DNA of 64,000 nucleotides from Candidatus Delongbacteria bacterium (GTDB taxonomy: Bacteria > CAIWAD01): positions 873,185 to 937,184 of the forward strand of contig OY760505.1 in the NCBI GenBank assembly GCA_963663545.1, in the 5' to 3' direction. Positions 54,001 to 63,449 of the stretch are shown piece by piece. Below the pieces are notes generated by a model. That model was not told where the DNA came from and ran no database searches. It saw only the letters and a program-made list of their open reading frames with translations. Both the position numbers and the translations under genes were made by a program. Within the stretch, counting starts at the first letter, position 1; each line of letters opens with the position of its first letter.

Positions 54001-54642
54001 AGCGGGCTCATGATTGCCGCGCCAGCGACTGCTGATGGCTTCGTGAGATCCATCCACGCCGGTGTCCATGTTGCCCACCAGCGCGCCGGTGCCGTCAATG
54101 CCCAGCTCGTACCAGACGCGGTCGGCTTGAATGGCCTCCAGACCTGGAGTGATACCAATATCGCTGCGGCTAGCGGGTGCGTGAATGTCAACCGGATCAA
54201 TGAGGCTGGCCTGGAAATTCGCTTCGGCAATGTCGACATCGGGACGCGCGGCCAGTGTGCGAATGACCTCGGCAGGAGCACTCACCAGTACGCCGTTCAC
54301 CAGCCAGTAGGAGGTGAAGCCTTCAATTTTGCCCGCATCCGCCAGGTTCTGCAACTCAGCCAGCAACGAAGCCTGACTCTCATCGGCAGTATCGCGCAGC
54401 GCGTCGATCACGGCTTTGTGACGCTTGGCCAGCGGAGCACGACTCTGATGCAGGTCTGCGTCCAGTCCGGCGATATCGGCCTGCGCCTTCATGGCAAGCA
54501 GAGCGCTGACGTTCTCGCCAGTTTTAGCCTCGCTTAGTACACGCTCCAGGCCAGGACTCAGGGTTCCGGCCAGAGCGCTGCCACTGAACATGGTGCCGCA
54601 GAAGGCGGCGCCCAGCAATACAGCAGTCAGCATACGCTTCAT
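51100..54642 (-). CDS. secreted subtilisin-like serine protease (S8) with long C-terminal beta-rich extension ending in an Fn3-like domain
   Basis: Signal peptide; S8 catalytic Ser motif GTSMAGPHVAGVVALM plus Asp/His regions. 1180 aa. Confidence 0.9.
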   Translation of the reverse strand: MKRMLTAVLLGAAFCGTMFSGSALAGTLSPGLERVLSEAKTGENVSALLAMKAQADIAGLDADLHQSRAPLAKRHKAVIDALRDTADESQASLLAELQNLADAGKIEGFTSYWLVNGVLVSAPAEVIRTLAARPDVDIAEANFQASLIDPVDIHAPASRSDIGITPGLEAIQADRVWYELGIDGTGALVGNMDTGVDGSHEAISSRWRGNHEPASECWLDVAGLGYSTPGDGDGHGSHVMGTICGLAPNDSIGVAPGAEWIAANPIMMNAGTSFDNAVVTCLQWFADPDGNSGTVDDMPDVVQNSWGVNESFGYLDCDTRWWSAIDNCEAAGVVLTWSAGNEGSTSGTLRSPADRATTATNCFSVGSCSTDGNTISYFSSRGPSGCGGDYAVKPEVTAPGDDIYSIDAYGDYVEMSGTSMAGPHVAGVVALMRAAAPDADVTTIKQILMDTALDRGTTGEDNTWGWGLIDAFAAVSQIMDGYGVVAGTVSSTSGGTIADAIISNTAGSERTTSNASGEYSMYLPAATYTLSYEAFGYVSATDVVIVPEDGTVTNNVSLTPAPAALLTGTVMDTEGTLLSNVAISALDTPLSTVYTNAYGQYSLSLPTGATYTVQALKSGYSTQESSLHFDAAATLNFVMPIRLHEDFETGFNNFPWEFSGDAIWVIDDAEYYSGSQCARSGDIDDNEISTMSVALEVTAASTVDFWYKVSSESGYDYLQFQIDGVVQDQWAGTIDWTYAEYALSTGSHTLSWVYDKDVSLSSGSDCAWVDFVQMPSMGVPTFPEILVTPSSIAQVMEPNTTAQRSLNIANDGENVLNWSADMAIDDPALVVRAELKLAKGEADTREPAAIRDAGGPDYYGYTWMDSNETGGPTYNWVDISSIGTPLGFADDDYSDEIEMGFEFDFYDNTFSTVRVMSNGFLSFTSTSTDYSNDPIPTSSEPNNLVAVCWDDLSPNLGGEVYYYVDANRFIAQWDSIPHYSSGEVFTFQAILNSDNSILFQYQAIGLDNSATVGIENSAGSNGLQILYDTGSYLTGSMAILITAVPEKEPWFTISPTSGTVGIGSSQNLLVDFDTTDMLEGEYTGSITISCNDPDNATIVVPVTLTVGSLELETPVTVIQNDAGLVSLQWEAIAGASAYRIEVATVFGGSWSTLATTTDLSYSLGEVAADQLRFYRVIATN

Positions 54643-54981
54643 CAGGATGTCCTCTCGTCTTTATTCGAACTTGTTCAAGTTCAGTCACTTCGAGCAGCCG
54701 GGAAGCCGGCCGACGACACGCTATCCGCGCTGATCCTCAACTCGGATTCACTTTCAGGGGGATGATTTCACGTCTTTGTTTTGGTTGATCCGGACCTTGT
54801 GCTTGAACGCAATTGCTGTGCCGTCCTTCCCGACAGCGCACCCTGTGTCCCCCCTCCTGAAAAGAGTGACTAGAAAGGACGAAAAGGAGACGTGAAAATG
54901 TGTGCGGTGTCTGTGCGCGTGCTGTTCCAATTCCTATCTTGGACGCCGTTCTGTGTATCACAAATCAAACAAGGAATGGTC

Positions 54982-55167
54982 ATGAAGTTCAAAGTTAATC
55001 CGAATGACTGCATCGGGTGCGGTGCCTGCGAGGCTGAGTGTCCCGAAGTCTTCCAGTTGGATGATGATATTTCGACGGTCGTCGTGGACGATGTCCCGGA
55101 AGATCTGGTAGACAGCGCCCTGGCCGCCGAGGAGAACTGTCCCGCCGACGCGATCTCCCACAAGTAG
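54982..55167 (+). CDS. small [4Fe-4S] ferredoxin
   Basis: MKFKVNPNDCIGCGACEAECP…NCPADAI. ATG 54982 lies 5 nt after AAGGAA. The table ORF is extended upstream artificially. Confidence 0.8.
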   Translation: MKFKVNPNDCIGCGACEAECPEVFQLDDDISTVVVDDVPEDLVDSALAAEENCPADAISHK

Positions 55168-55211
55168 AATTGCTGCAGCGGGACGCCGGCTTGTACGCCG
55201 TCCCGCTCCTC

Positions 55212-56180
55212 TCACACCGGAAGCCGCCCAAGGCAGCCCGCCTCGATTCTCCGCTTCATCAGCAGCTGCAAGAAGCTTTCATTGGCCGGGACCTTCATCC
55301 CTTTCCGCTCAGCCATTTCCACGATTGTAGAATGATAGTGCAGCGGTTCAAGTTCTTGTCCGCGCACAAGCGCCGTGTACACCGAGTTGTGAATCTGCGT
55401 GACGGACGGCTCTCCTGATGTAGTACGAGCCTGGACCGGAAGCGCTTGTCGCTCGATCATCTCCTCCAGACTCAAATCCTGGCCATCGCAGGATCGTGCA
55501 AGAATGCCATGGGCCGCCAGTGTATCACGCGCTTCGACCAGCAGATTTCGGCGGAACTCCCAGTAGGCGCTGCTCGCCTTCAGCTCTGTGGTCGCGAGCA
55601 CATTGATGGCACTAAGCAGATTGGTGCAAAGCTTCAGCCAAAGGTCCTGCCGGATCTCGGCAGAGAGTGCAGTGTTGAAGCCAGCATGCGTCAACTGCAA
55701 AATCGCCCGTGTTACGCGCTCGTCATCAACTGTTGGATGCAATCCAAGTACTACACGACCTGCACCGCGGTGATACAAACAATTCTCCTGAAGCATGCAG
55801 GTCTGGCGCCAGACTCCGCCGAGCGCTGTCCCCCCAGCCGCTAGCGTTTCCACATTGCCTATTCCGTTCTGCAAGGATAGCGGAAGAGCTTCAGGAGCGT
55901 ATTTGATGAGCAAGGAAGCGGCATTGGAAGTATCTGCTCTGCGCCAGCACACAGCGGCAATTCCGTCTTCGAGCCACTTCGTCGCTGACTTGATGCTGTC
56001 GCTCAGCGGAAGCTGTATCACCTCTTCGTTGCCGGAGGAATCTACACATCTGATTCCCTTCGACAACAAAAAAAGCGCCGCAGATCTGCGACTGTAGACG
56101 AGTACAGGCACACCAGCAGTATGCAGGCGTGTCGCCAGGCGAAGCCCGACAGCACCGGCGCCAAGAATCAACCAACGCAT
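55212..56180 (-). CDS. panE: 2-dehydropantoate 2-reductase (ApbA/PanE family)
   Basis: N-terminal Rossmann motif MRWLILGAGAVGLRLATRL… and ApbA-family length. Start position approximate. Confidence 0.7.
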   Translation of the reverse strand: MRWLILGAGAVGLRLATRLHTAGVPVLVYSRRSAALFLLSKGIRCVDSSGNEEVIQLPLSDSIKSATKWLEDGIAAVCWRRADTSNAASLLIKYAPEALPLSLQNGIGNVETLAAGGTALGGVWRQTCMLQENCLYHRGAGRVVLGLHPTVDDERVTRAILQLTHAGFNTALSAEIRQDLWLKLCTNLLSAINVLATTELKASSAYWEFRRNLLVEARDTLAAHGILARSCDGQDLSLEEMIERQALPVQARTTSGEPSVTQIHNSVYTALVRGQELEPLHYHSTIVEMAERKGMKVPANESFLQLLMKRRIEAGCLGRLPV

Positions 56181-56193
56181 GTCATGCATGGAA

Positions 56194-56835
56194 TCACTCA
56201 AATTGTGCACGGAACTCTTCCAGCGTATCACGCAGCTGACGGACTTCCGCTTCCAGCGCCTCGACCCGGCTCAGCAGATCCGCCTGATCGCTTGGTGCTT
56301 GCTCTTCAGGAGCGTCTTCTGCGGACCTCAGGTTGGTTGCTGCTTCTTCGGTGAGCGTTTGACGCCATCGGGCTTCCTTCTGTCCCGGTTGTCTCTCCAT
56401 TCGCTGCACCAGCAGCTCTTCGCGCTGACTGAGGCCAAGCAGCAGTTCTTCAACCTCAGCTGTTGATGCCATGGAAAACATGCGTGAGGCACGGCCCCGC
56501 AGCTCTCCAGGAGTCTGGGCACCACGCAGCAGCAGCTCAGAGATCAGGGCAGCTTCTCGTTCACCCAGCTCATAGCCTTGCCGCAGAAGCTGATCATACT
56601 TGCGTGCACGTTGTCCCGCTCCTTCAACATGTCTCACAAGCCCGCGACGCCAAAGGTGATCCAACGCATCCAACACTTCCTGCTCAACCAGTTCCAGCAC
56701 TGGATCGCGGTTGGACTTCTGGTTGCAAGCCGCCAGCAGGGAATTCAGCGTCAGCGGATAGTAATCGGGGGTGGTGGTCTTCTTCTCGTAGAGGCTGGCC
56801 AGTACACGAGCCTCCACAGCACTCAACAATTCCAT
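56194..56835 (-). CDS. yceH: YceH (DUF480/UPF0502) family protein
   Basis: Aligns along its length with E. coli YceH (…LTALEARV…LEKQ.TTP..YPL…N.KTNR.PV…LLLRGAQTPGELR.RA.RM…). Confidence 0.85.
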   Translation of the reverse strand: MELLSAVEARVLASLYEKKTTTPDYYPLTLNSLLAACNQKSNRDPVLELVEQEVLDALDHLWRRGLVRHVEGAGQRARKYDQLLRQGYELGEREAALISELLLRGAQTPGELRGRASRMFSMASTAEVEELLLGLSQREELLVQRMERQPGQKEARWRQTLTEEAATNLRSAEDAPEEQAPSDQADLLSRVEALEAEVRQLRDTLEEFRAQFE

Positions 56836-56844
56836 TCCAGACTC

Positions 56845-57507
56845 CTATTCAGGCAGAACGTGCAACAGCATGGCGAAGAAGTGACACACGCTCCCGCCAA
56901 GTACAAAGAGATGCCAGACGGGATGCGACCAGGGCAGCTTCTTCCAAGCGTAAAAGACAATGCCTCCCGTGTAGCACAGGCCGCCAACGCCTAACCACAT
57001 CATACCCATGCCGCCCAAGGCGTGCAGCATGGGACGCAGGGCGATCAGCACCAACCACCCCATGCCCAGATAGGTCATCACGGACAGGATGCGCCAGCGG
57101 CCGATGAATAGCGTTTCCAGTAGAATGCCCACCAGCGCCAGTCCCCAAACGAGGCCGAAAAGCGTCCAGCCCCAGGGACCGCGCAATGAGACCAGCGTGA
57201 AGGGAGTATAGGTGCCAGCGATCAATAGATGAATAGCGGCATGATCCAGACGACGCATTACCGCGCGCACACGCGGGTAAGGTATGGCGTGATACAAGGT
57301 GGAGGCCAGATAGAGCAGCACCAGACTGGTGCCGTAGATACTGAAAGCCGTGATACGCCAGGGATCTCCCTGTCCGGCGGCCATCACGACCAGGATCACC
57401 AGTCCTGCCACACCCAGCAAGGCACCGATGCCGTGACTCACGCTACTGGCAATTTCTTCGCCTATCGTATAGTTCTTCGTTGTCATGCGTTTCTCATCTG
57501 CTCCCAT
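56845..57507 (-). CDS. hemolysin-III (PAQR) family membrane protein
   Basis: 7-TM PAQR topology with conserved His residues in an HlyIII-like arrangement. Confidence 0.8.
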   Translation of the reverse strand: MGADEKRMTTKNYTIGEEIASSVSHGIGALLGVAGLVILVVMAAGQGDPWRITAFSIYGTSLVLLYLASTLYHAIPYPRVRAVMRRLDHAAIHLLIAGTYTPFTLVSLRGPWGWTLFGLVWGLALVGILLETLFIGRWRILSVMTYLGMGWLVLIALRPMLHALGGMGMMWLGVGGLCYTGGIVFYAWKKLPWSHPVWHLFVLGGSVCHFFAMLLHVLPE

Positions 57508-58508
57508 TCAGCCAACAGTTTATCCTCGCGCACAGAGTCCAGTCCGGCGCGCCATTTCCACGACACTCCGCGCTCTTGCAGTGACCAGGCTTCACGCTCC
57601 TCGATGAAAGCTGCTGTATCACGAAGAGTCTCCGCCAGGGGTCGGAAGCGCAGGCCAGCTTCTATCGCTAAGCGGCAATTCACACGATTATGTCCAGCGT
57701 ATCCCTCCTGCGGAACCCATAGCGGCAACTCCATGTAGGGGGCTACTTCGCGCTCCAAAAGCCAGGTTTCCTCCGCCCAGACCGGTTCGATCTGCGTGCC
57801 CAGGGACTCGGCTCCTGCCCGCAGAAAGGAACCCATCGACAACGTGTCTTCAGGACCTGTGGCGTGATACACTCCGCCACACTGCCGTTCAAGCAGGTCC
57901 AGACACCACTCAGCCAAATCGCGACCATCGATGAACTGCACGGGGTCCTGCGGCTTTCCGGGTGCCAGCAGTCTGCCGCCTTGTTGCAGCCGGCGTATCC
58001 AATAACTGAAGCGATCGCTTGGATCACGGGGGCCGACAATCAGTCCGGGGCGCACAATCAGAGCACGTTCACCAAATGCCTGCAGCACTTCTTGCTCGCA
58101 AATGGCTTTGTAGGGACCGTAGGTCTCGCCGGTAATCGTCTCTTCAGCGCCATCGGGGAGCTGCCCCAGCGGCGCATCTTCCGTGGCACCGACAGGAATG
58201 GGCTCGGCATACACGGAGATGGAGGAAACAAAAAGGTATCGTGACACACGCGATTTCAGCGTCTGCGCGCTCTGTCGCACAATGCGCGGAAAATACCCGC
58301 ACGTATCTACAACGGCGTCCCAACAACTTTCGCCCAGTGCATCCAAGCCTCCGTCGCGGTTTCCGTGTATCACCTCGGCTCCCGTAGGCGCGTACCCAGG
58401 ATTGGATTTCCCTCTGTGGAATAGGCTCACTTCGTGCCCACGCGCCAAGGCCAACTCAGCCATGTGCCGCCCCAGAAAAAGGCTACCGCCAAGAATCAGA
58501 ATACGCAT
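57483..58508 (-). CDS. NAD-dependent epimerase/dehydratase (SDR family)
   Basis: Start set at MRILILGGSLFLGRHM (ATG 58508, GGGAG upstream). Rossmann GxxGxxG. Confidence 0.8.
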   Translation of the reverse strand: MRILILGGSLFLGRHMAELALARGHEVSLFHRGKSNPGYAPTGAEVIHGNRDGGLDALGESCWDAVVDTCGYFPRIVRQSAQTLKSRVSRYLFVSSISVYAEPIPVGATEDAPLGQLPDGAEETITGETYGPYKAICEQEVLQAFGERALIVRPGLIVGPRDPSDRFSYWIRRLQQGGRLLAPGKPQDPVQFIDGRDLAEWCLDLLERQCGGVYHATGPEDTLSMGSFLRAGAESLGTQIEPVWAEETWLLEREVAPYMELPLWVPQEGYAGHNRVNCRLAIEAGLRFRPLAETLRDTAAFIEEREAWSLQERGVSWKWRAGLDSVREDKLLAEWEQMRNA

Positions 58509-58510
58509 TG

Positions 58511-60331
58511 TCAGCTCCCATGCTTGTTGCTTGCTCTGCTTCCTTTTCCCTTTGGCCACCTCTGATTCTTTGACCTCGTCACGCTACCGCCTTGCCCGGG
58601 TTTGCGTCGCCCGGCTTCGCCTTCGGGCTTCATCACATCCTTCTGTCGTTGACGAGCAGCCCAGGACCGTTCAACGTAGATTTCACTTCCCGTCGCGGGA
58701 TCGATACCTGTGTGATACATGGTGGCAGACCATGTTCCAGGCAATGGTGTGTAGATCTGTATTTCGTCTGGCAACAGGCCCAACTCACTTTTACACCAGT
58801 CGCGCAGTTCGCGGGCGTGATCCATTGTGCAAGCAGGGTGTGCGGCCATGAGGTAATACACCAGTCCGCGCTTGATCCGCAAAGCAGAAAGCCTTTTGCG
58901 AAAGAGTTGGTGAAAACGCTCCACTAATTCCTTGCCGGGTTTCCCCATTGCCTGTAGCACGGCATGGCTGCAATGCTCAGGCGCCAGTCGCAGGCGACCT
59001 CCCGTGTGATGCAGCAGCAGTTCATCCAGGCATGTTGCGGGATCACGATCCGCCAGCAGCAGATCGTGACGCAGACCGGAGGCAACGCGCACCTGTTTTA
59101 CGCCAGGCAGCTGTCGCAATTGACGAAGCAGCTCAATCCAAGGTTTGTGATTCACACCAAGCGAACTGCATGCTGCTGGAAACAAGCACCGTTTGTCGGC
59201 ACAAGCTCCTTTGCGCACTTTCAACGCACACTCGTAGCCGTACATGTTGGCGGTGGGACCGGAAAGGTCCTGTATCACACCCTTGAAATCCTTGCGCTTG
59301 CTCAGGACGCGCGCTTCACGTAGCAGACTGGCCGGACTGCGGAAATGCACGCGCCGTCCTTCGTGAGCGGCTACCGCGCAGAAGTTGCATTCGCCATAGC
59401 AACCCCGATGGCTGACCAGTGAATGTCGGATGGTCTCAATGGCGCGCACCTCTCCCTGTGCTGCATCACGCGGATGCACCTCGCGCGTGAAGGGCAGTTC
59501 GTGAATGCGATCCAGCTCAGCCTGCTCGGGGACCTGCGGAGGTGGATTCTGCACCAGCCAGCGCGTGTCCTGTCGCTGTGCCAGACGACGTCCGCGAACG
59601 GGATCGCAGTTCTCGTACCAGCTACGAAAGGCTCGCAGATAGGCCTGTTTGTCCACGCGCACTTCCTCGTATGAGGGCAACTCAAGTGCATCAGCGGGCA
59701 GCTCCGTCGACAGGGTACACAAACCGCGAATTGTGCTTGTATCACAAGCATCTCGCAGCGATGCTGCCAACTCCAGGACACTGCCCTCAGCCATGCCATA
59801 GAGCAGGAAATCGGCGCGCGCGTCCACCAGCAGACTACGACGTACTTTGTCACTCCAGTAGTCGTAATGCGCGACACGCCGCAGACTAGCCTCAAGCCCA
59901 CCCAACACGATCGGTACACCGGCTTTCGTGTGACGCCGGATCAAATTGGCGTAGATCAAACTGGCTCGATCGGGACGCCGCTCATTGCGCCCGCCGGGCG
60001 TGTAATCGTCGCTGCGTCGCGGTTTGCCTTGGGCCGTGCGATTGGCCACCATGCTATCCAAACAGCCAGCGGTGATCCCCCAGAAGAGTCGCGGTTCGCC
60101 CAGTCGCAAGATGTCCGTGTCACTGTTCACATCGGGTTGCGCAATCACACCAACCCGATATCCAGCGGCCTCGAGCACGCGAGCAATGACGGCTACTCCT
60201 ACCTGTGGAGAATCGATGAAAGCGTCGCCGGTCACCAGAATCACATCCAGACGATCCCAGTTGCGAGCTTTCAGCTCTGCGCCATCAACGGGTGGAAACC
60301 GGAATTGTGTCACACTGCACCTTCGCTGCAT
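58511..60331 (-). CDS. ygiQ: YgiQ-family radical SAM protein (UPF0313)
   Basis: N-terminal …DVILVTGDAFIDSPQVGVAVIARVL… and radical SAM motif CYGECNFC. Lys/Arg-rich C-terminal tail typical of YgiQ. Confidence 0.85.
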   Translation of the reverse strand: MQRRCSVTQFRFPPVDGAELKARNWDRLDVILVTGDAFIDSPQVGVAVIARVLEAAGYRVGVIAQPDVNSDTDILRLGEPRLFWGITAGCLDSMVANRTAQGKPRRSDDYTPGGRNERRPDRASLIYANLIRRHTKAGVPIVLGGLEASLRRVAHYDYWSDKVRRSLLVDARADFLLYGMAEGSVLELAASLRDACDTSTIRGLCTLSTELPADALELPSYEEVRVDKQAYLRAFRSWYENCDPVRGRRLAQRQDTRWLVQNPPPQVPEQAELDRIHELPFTREVHPRDAAQGEVRAIETIRHSLVSHRGCYGECNFCAVAAHEGRRVHFRSPASLLREARVLSKRKDFKGVIQDLSGPTANMYGYECALKVRKGACADKRCLFPAACSSLGVNHKPWIELLRQLRQLPGVKQVRVASGLRHDLLLADRDPATCLDELLLHHTGGRLRLAPEHCSHAVLQAMGKPGKELVERFHQLFRKRLSALRIKRGLVYYLMAAHPACTMDHARELRDWCKSELGLLPDEIQIYTPLPGTWSATMYHTGIDPATGSEIYVERSWAARQRQKDVMKPEGEAGRRKPGQGGSVTRSKNQRWPKGKGSRASNKHGS

Positions 60332-60648
60332 TCGCGCTGCTGGCGTTTGGAAAGGCTTGAGAAGATCAACTCGTGGCTATGCGTCACCAACTCGCGAACC
60401 AGGTCATCCGGCAGCGGCTGCTCAAGATCCAGCGTGTTCCAGTGTTCCTTGTTGAGATGATAGCCCGGTGTGATGGCGGCAAACTGACCGCGCAGCAATT
60501 GAGCACGTTCAGGATTGCACTTCAACGATAGGCGAAAGCCCTGAGTCGGCTCCGTAAGCAGCGCAAAGATTTTACCGCCGCATTTGTAGACGAGCACATC
60601 CGGTCCGAAGGGACAACACTCTTCCGCCGCCAGGCACTCCATCAGCAT
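60310..60648 (-). CDS. MmcQ/YjbR-family DNA-binding protein
   Basis: MLMECLAAEECCPFGPDVLVYKCGGKIFALL… is an MmcQ/YjbR family pattern. Confidence 0.7.
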   Translation of the reverse strand: MLMECLAAEECCPFGPDVLVYKCGGKIFALLTEPTQGFRLSLKCNPERAQLLRGQFAAITPGYHLNKEHWNTLDLEQPLPDDLVRELVTHSHELIFSSLSKRQQRECSEGAV

Positions 60649-60668
60649 AGTGCGCACTTCTGTGTGTG

Positions 60669-61490
60669 TCACTTTGCAACCTCCTTGACGGCACACAGGG
60701 AGAACATCAACGGCAGTCCTCCCTTGGGTTCGGGTGACACATACATGCCATCGTCCCGTCTCACCAGAAAGCCATGGGAACGGTAGGGCAGGTAGTTATG
60801 CTCATGAAAGAAGACCAGACGGAGGCCGGCGTCCAGCACAGCCTGTATCACATCGGCAAGGCCGAATTCCCACTCGTAGCTGGTGCCGCTTACTTCGGCG
60901 TTAGCATCGGCGTAACTTCCCTCAACGGGGTAGATACTTGGCTCCTGCTGACGAAAGTATGGATTGGCCAATGCAGCGGGAAGAGACTTTGTGTCCATAT
61001 CCAACATGGTTGCGGCGGGATGAAACTCGCGCAAGTAGAGCCTTCCGCCGGGTTTGATGCAGGCGGTCAGATTTCGTGCCCATGCTTTCAAATCGTGCAA
61101 CCAGCATAACACGCCGGCGCTGGTGAACACCAGATCAAAGCGCCCATGCAGTGTGGTTGGCAATTCCAAGACGTTGGCCTCGATGAACTCGGCTTGCAGA
61201 TTTGTATCACAGCTCAGTTGTCTGGCAAAAGCAATGGCACGCGGAGAAAAGTCAAGGCCTGTGACACGTGCTCCGCGTCTGGCCCAGGAAAGGGTATCCA
61301 TGCCGAAATGACACTGGGTGTGAAGCAGCTCCAAGCCCTGCACCGGACCGACTTCTTCTACTTCGACAGGCAGAAGTGAACACGAACCGGCCAGGAAAGC
61401 GGCTAGATCGTAGAACTCGCTGTTGACGTGGATGTCCGTCCAGGCGTCCCAAAGTGCCCGATTGGCGTGCAAGCCCTCACCTACGCTCAT
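60669..61490 (-). CDS. class I SAM-dependent methyltransferase
   Basis: Motif I …RVTGLDFSPRAIAF… and overall MTase fold pattern. Confidence 0.8.
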   Translation of the reverse strand: MSVGEGLHANRALWDAWTDIHVNSEFYDLAAFLAGSCSLLPVEVEEVGPVQGLELLHTQCHFGMDTLSWARRGARVTGLDFSPRAIAFARQLSCDTNLQAEFIEANVLELPTTLHGRFDLVFTSAGVLCWLHDLKAWARNLTACIKPGGRLYLREFHPAATMLDMDTKSLPAALANPYFRQQEPSIYPVEGSYADANAEVSGTSYEWEFGLADVIQAVLDAGLRLVFFHEHNYLPYRSHGFLVRRDDGMYVSPEPKGGLPLMFSLCAVKEVAK

Positions 61491-62476
61491 TCTTCATTCT
61501 CCCCGGAAAAGAGCATCTCAAAATCCGCCCACAATGGATCACGCCTGCTGATGCTTGACATCGTCTCCGTGACACGCTCAAGCACCATCGGATCGGCACG
61601 CAGGGTTGCAAGTGCTTCCAATGTTTCAAGTGCCGTAGGGCCGCCACCCAGCAGAAGACCACAGAGCAGGCTCATGGCCTCATCGTGTCTCAGTAGAGCG
61701 AGCGCGGTCAGTAAAGGACGCCGTTCGTCCGGCAGCATCGCCTCCTGCCATAGTTCTCGCAGAAGCGGCCATGCCGCAGGCAAGCGGCTTGCCCCCAGAG
61801 CGAGCACCAAAGACTCGCGAAGCAAGTCATCTTGACCGGCAGCTTTTAGTAGGCGTTTGAGGGCAGGTAGTGCCAACTCTGCATCTAGTGCAAGCAGGGC
61901 GGCAGCGCATTCGCCTACCACCTCGGGCACAACATCTCCGCTCTTGAGCTTGTGATACAAAAGTGCGCGGGCGCCTTCGCTGTCATGGCGACTCAACTGC
62001 CTAGCGGCACCGGCACGCGCACTCGCTTCGTGATCCGCCAGCAATCCACCTAACTCTACCAGCGCCGACATATTGCCATCCAGCAAGGCGGAAGCCGCCT
62101 GCACGCGAACTTCTGCGGCGGTATCCACACTTCCGCCCCAGACGGGCTCCCATTGTTCGTAACACACAGCCATGCGCAAGAGATCTTCGTCGTACCAACT
62201 CAGCTCTTCCAGCGCCGCAAGAATTGCTGACAGCGCCTTGCAGCCAGGATCACGCTTGCGCCCGAATTTCATGCAGGTTTCTGCCGCCTGAACCAGCTGC
62301 GGAATCAGTGTCTCCAGGTCGTGCTCTCCCACTAAAACAGCAGCACCAGCGATCACCGTACCGCTGGTTGCTTTCAGCAGGCGGGTGCACTCCTGTACTA
62401 CACGATCATCGCCCATTGGCAGTTGCCGCAGTTCCTTCAGCAGATCCAGCTGCTGTTGCGTGGTCTCGCGTGCCAT
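61487..62476 (-). CDS. HEAT-repeat protein
   Basis: Repetitive Ala/Leu-rich helical pairs typical of HEAT/PBS lyase repeats. Confidence 0.65.
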   Translation of the reverse strand: MARETTQQQLDLLKELRQLPMGDDRVVQECTRLLKATSGTVIAGAAVLVGEHDLETLIPQLVQAAETCMKFGRKRDPGCKALSAILAALEELSWYDEDLLRMAVCYEQWEPVWGGSVDTAAEVRVQAASALLDGNMSALVELGGLLADHEASARAGAARQLSRHDSEGARALLYHKLKSGDVVPEVVGECAAALLALDAELALPALKRLLKAAGQDDLLRESLVLALGASRLPAAWPLLRELWQEAMLPDERRPLLTALALLRHDEAMSLLCGLLLGGGPTALETLEALATLRADPMVLERVTETMSSISRRDPLWADFEMLFSGENEE

Positions 62477-62477
62477 C

Positions 62478-63215
62478 CTACTTGCGTCCTATGGCCAGCA
62501 GAGCGCAAGGAAACTCTACACCGACAGTGTGCAATCGCGTGCGCAGTTCTTCTCCCTGCGCTGCGAGCTCCTGCAGCTCATCGTGCTCAGCAATACGCTT
62601 CAGATACTGGTCAAGGCCCTGTTCCATGCGGGCGATTAGTTCGGAATTGTGCGGATCACAAGGCGGCGCGTCGTGCTCCAGGATCTCCATGGAATTGCAA
62701 GGGAGATCACGCAAGAAGGATTCCAGTGCTGCTCGCGTCCACGTGGGATTGTGTATCACGCCCAGGGCGGTGTCCACGCGTCCCCACCAGTGATGCAGCA
62801 GCACCTGGGTTTGCTGTGTATCACGCAGCTGGTCCGCATACATTTCCAGCACAATCAGATGTCCGCCCGGTTTGAGCACGCGTAGGGCTTCCAGCAGAAC
62901 AGGTCGCGCCTCCTCCAGGTGATGCAGCGAACAGGAAATGCCCACCGTGTCGAAACTCTCATCGGGAAAATCGAGGTGCAGAATATCCATTTCCATGAAT
63001 CGAACCCGGGGATCGCCTATGCTACGCTCAGCGGCAGCCAAGGCCGGCGTGCTGTGATCCACCGCGATGATCTCGTCAATTTCGGCAAGAGCACTCAAGA
63101 GCGTTGCTACGAACTGACCCGCGCCCGTGGCCAGGTCAAGCACGCGTCCACCGTGAATATTCCCTAGTGGATTGGAATCCTGCACGATCTCCTCCTCAGT
63201 TGTTTCCGGTGACAC
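62478..63215 (-). CDS. class I SAM-dependent methyltransferase
   Basis: …VLDLATGAGQFV… motif I, and …LKPGGHLIVLE… motif. Confidence 0.75.
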   Translation of the reverse strand: MSPETTEEEIVQDSNPLGNIHGGRVLDLATGAGQFVATLLSALAEIDEIIAVDHSTPALAAAERSIGDPRVRFMEMDILHLDFPDESFDTVGISCSLHHLEEARPVLLEALRVLKPGGHLIVLEMYADQLRDTQQTQVLLHHWWGRVDTALGVIHNPTWTRAALESFLRDLPCNSMEILEHDAPPCDPHNSELIARMEQGLDQYLKRIAEHDELQELAAQGEELRTRLHTVGVEFPCALLAIGRK

Positions 63216-63449
63216 GATTTCACCCTACGCCAGCGGTTTGGATTGCACATCTGTCGCGGCCACTGGGCAAAATCTTCTGTGTTGCCCTGCCTTGAATATT
63301 GCGAAGTTGTGCCGCGAGTCACACTCCCATCGTGGCAGCAAAAGCCTTCTGACGGCTCCAGAAGCGCTCTGCGATGGCGGTATCTGAGTCTTCCGGAGTG
63401 GCCCCGTGCCGAGGTTCCGGCCGACTCTCAGCTAATGCGGAGAGATCCG

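Noticed and set aside
51709-54537. Plus-strand ORFs of 375 and 388 aa inside the S8 protease locus
   Set aside because: Antisense to a 1180-aa gene with an unambiguous subtilase signature. Their translations are Gly/Ala/Val-rich, without motifs.
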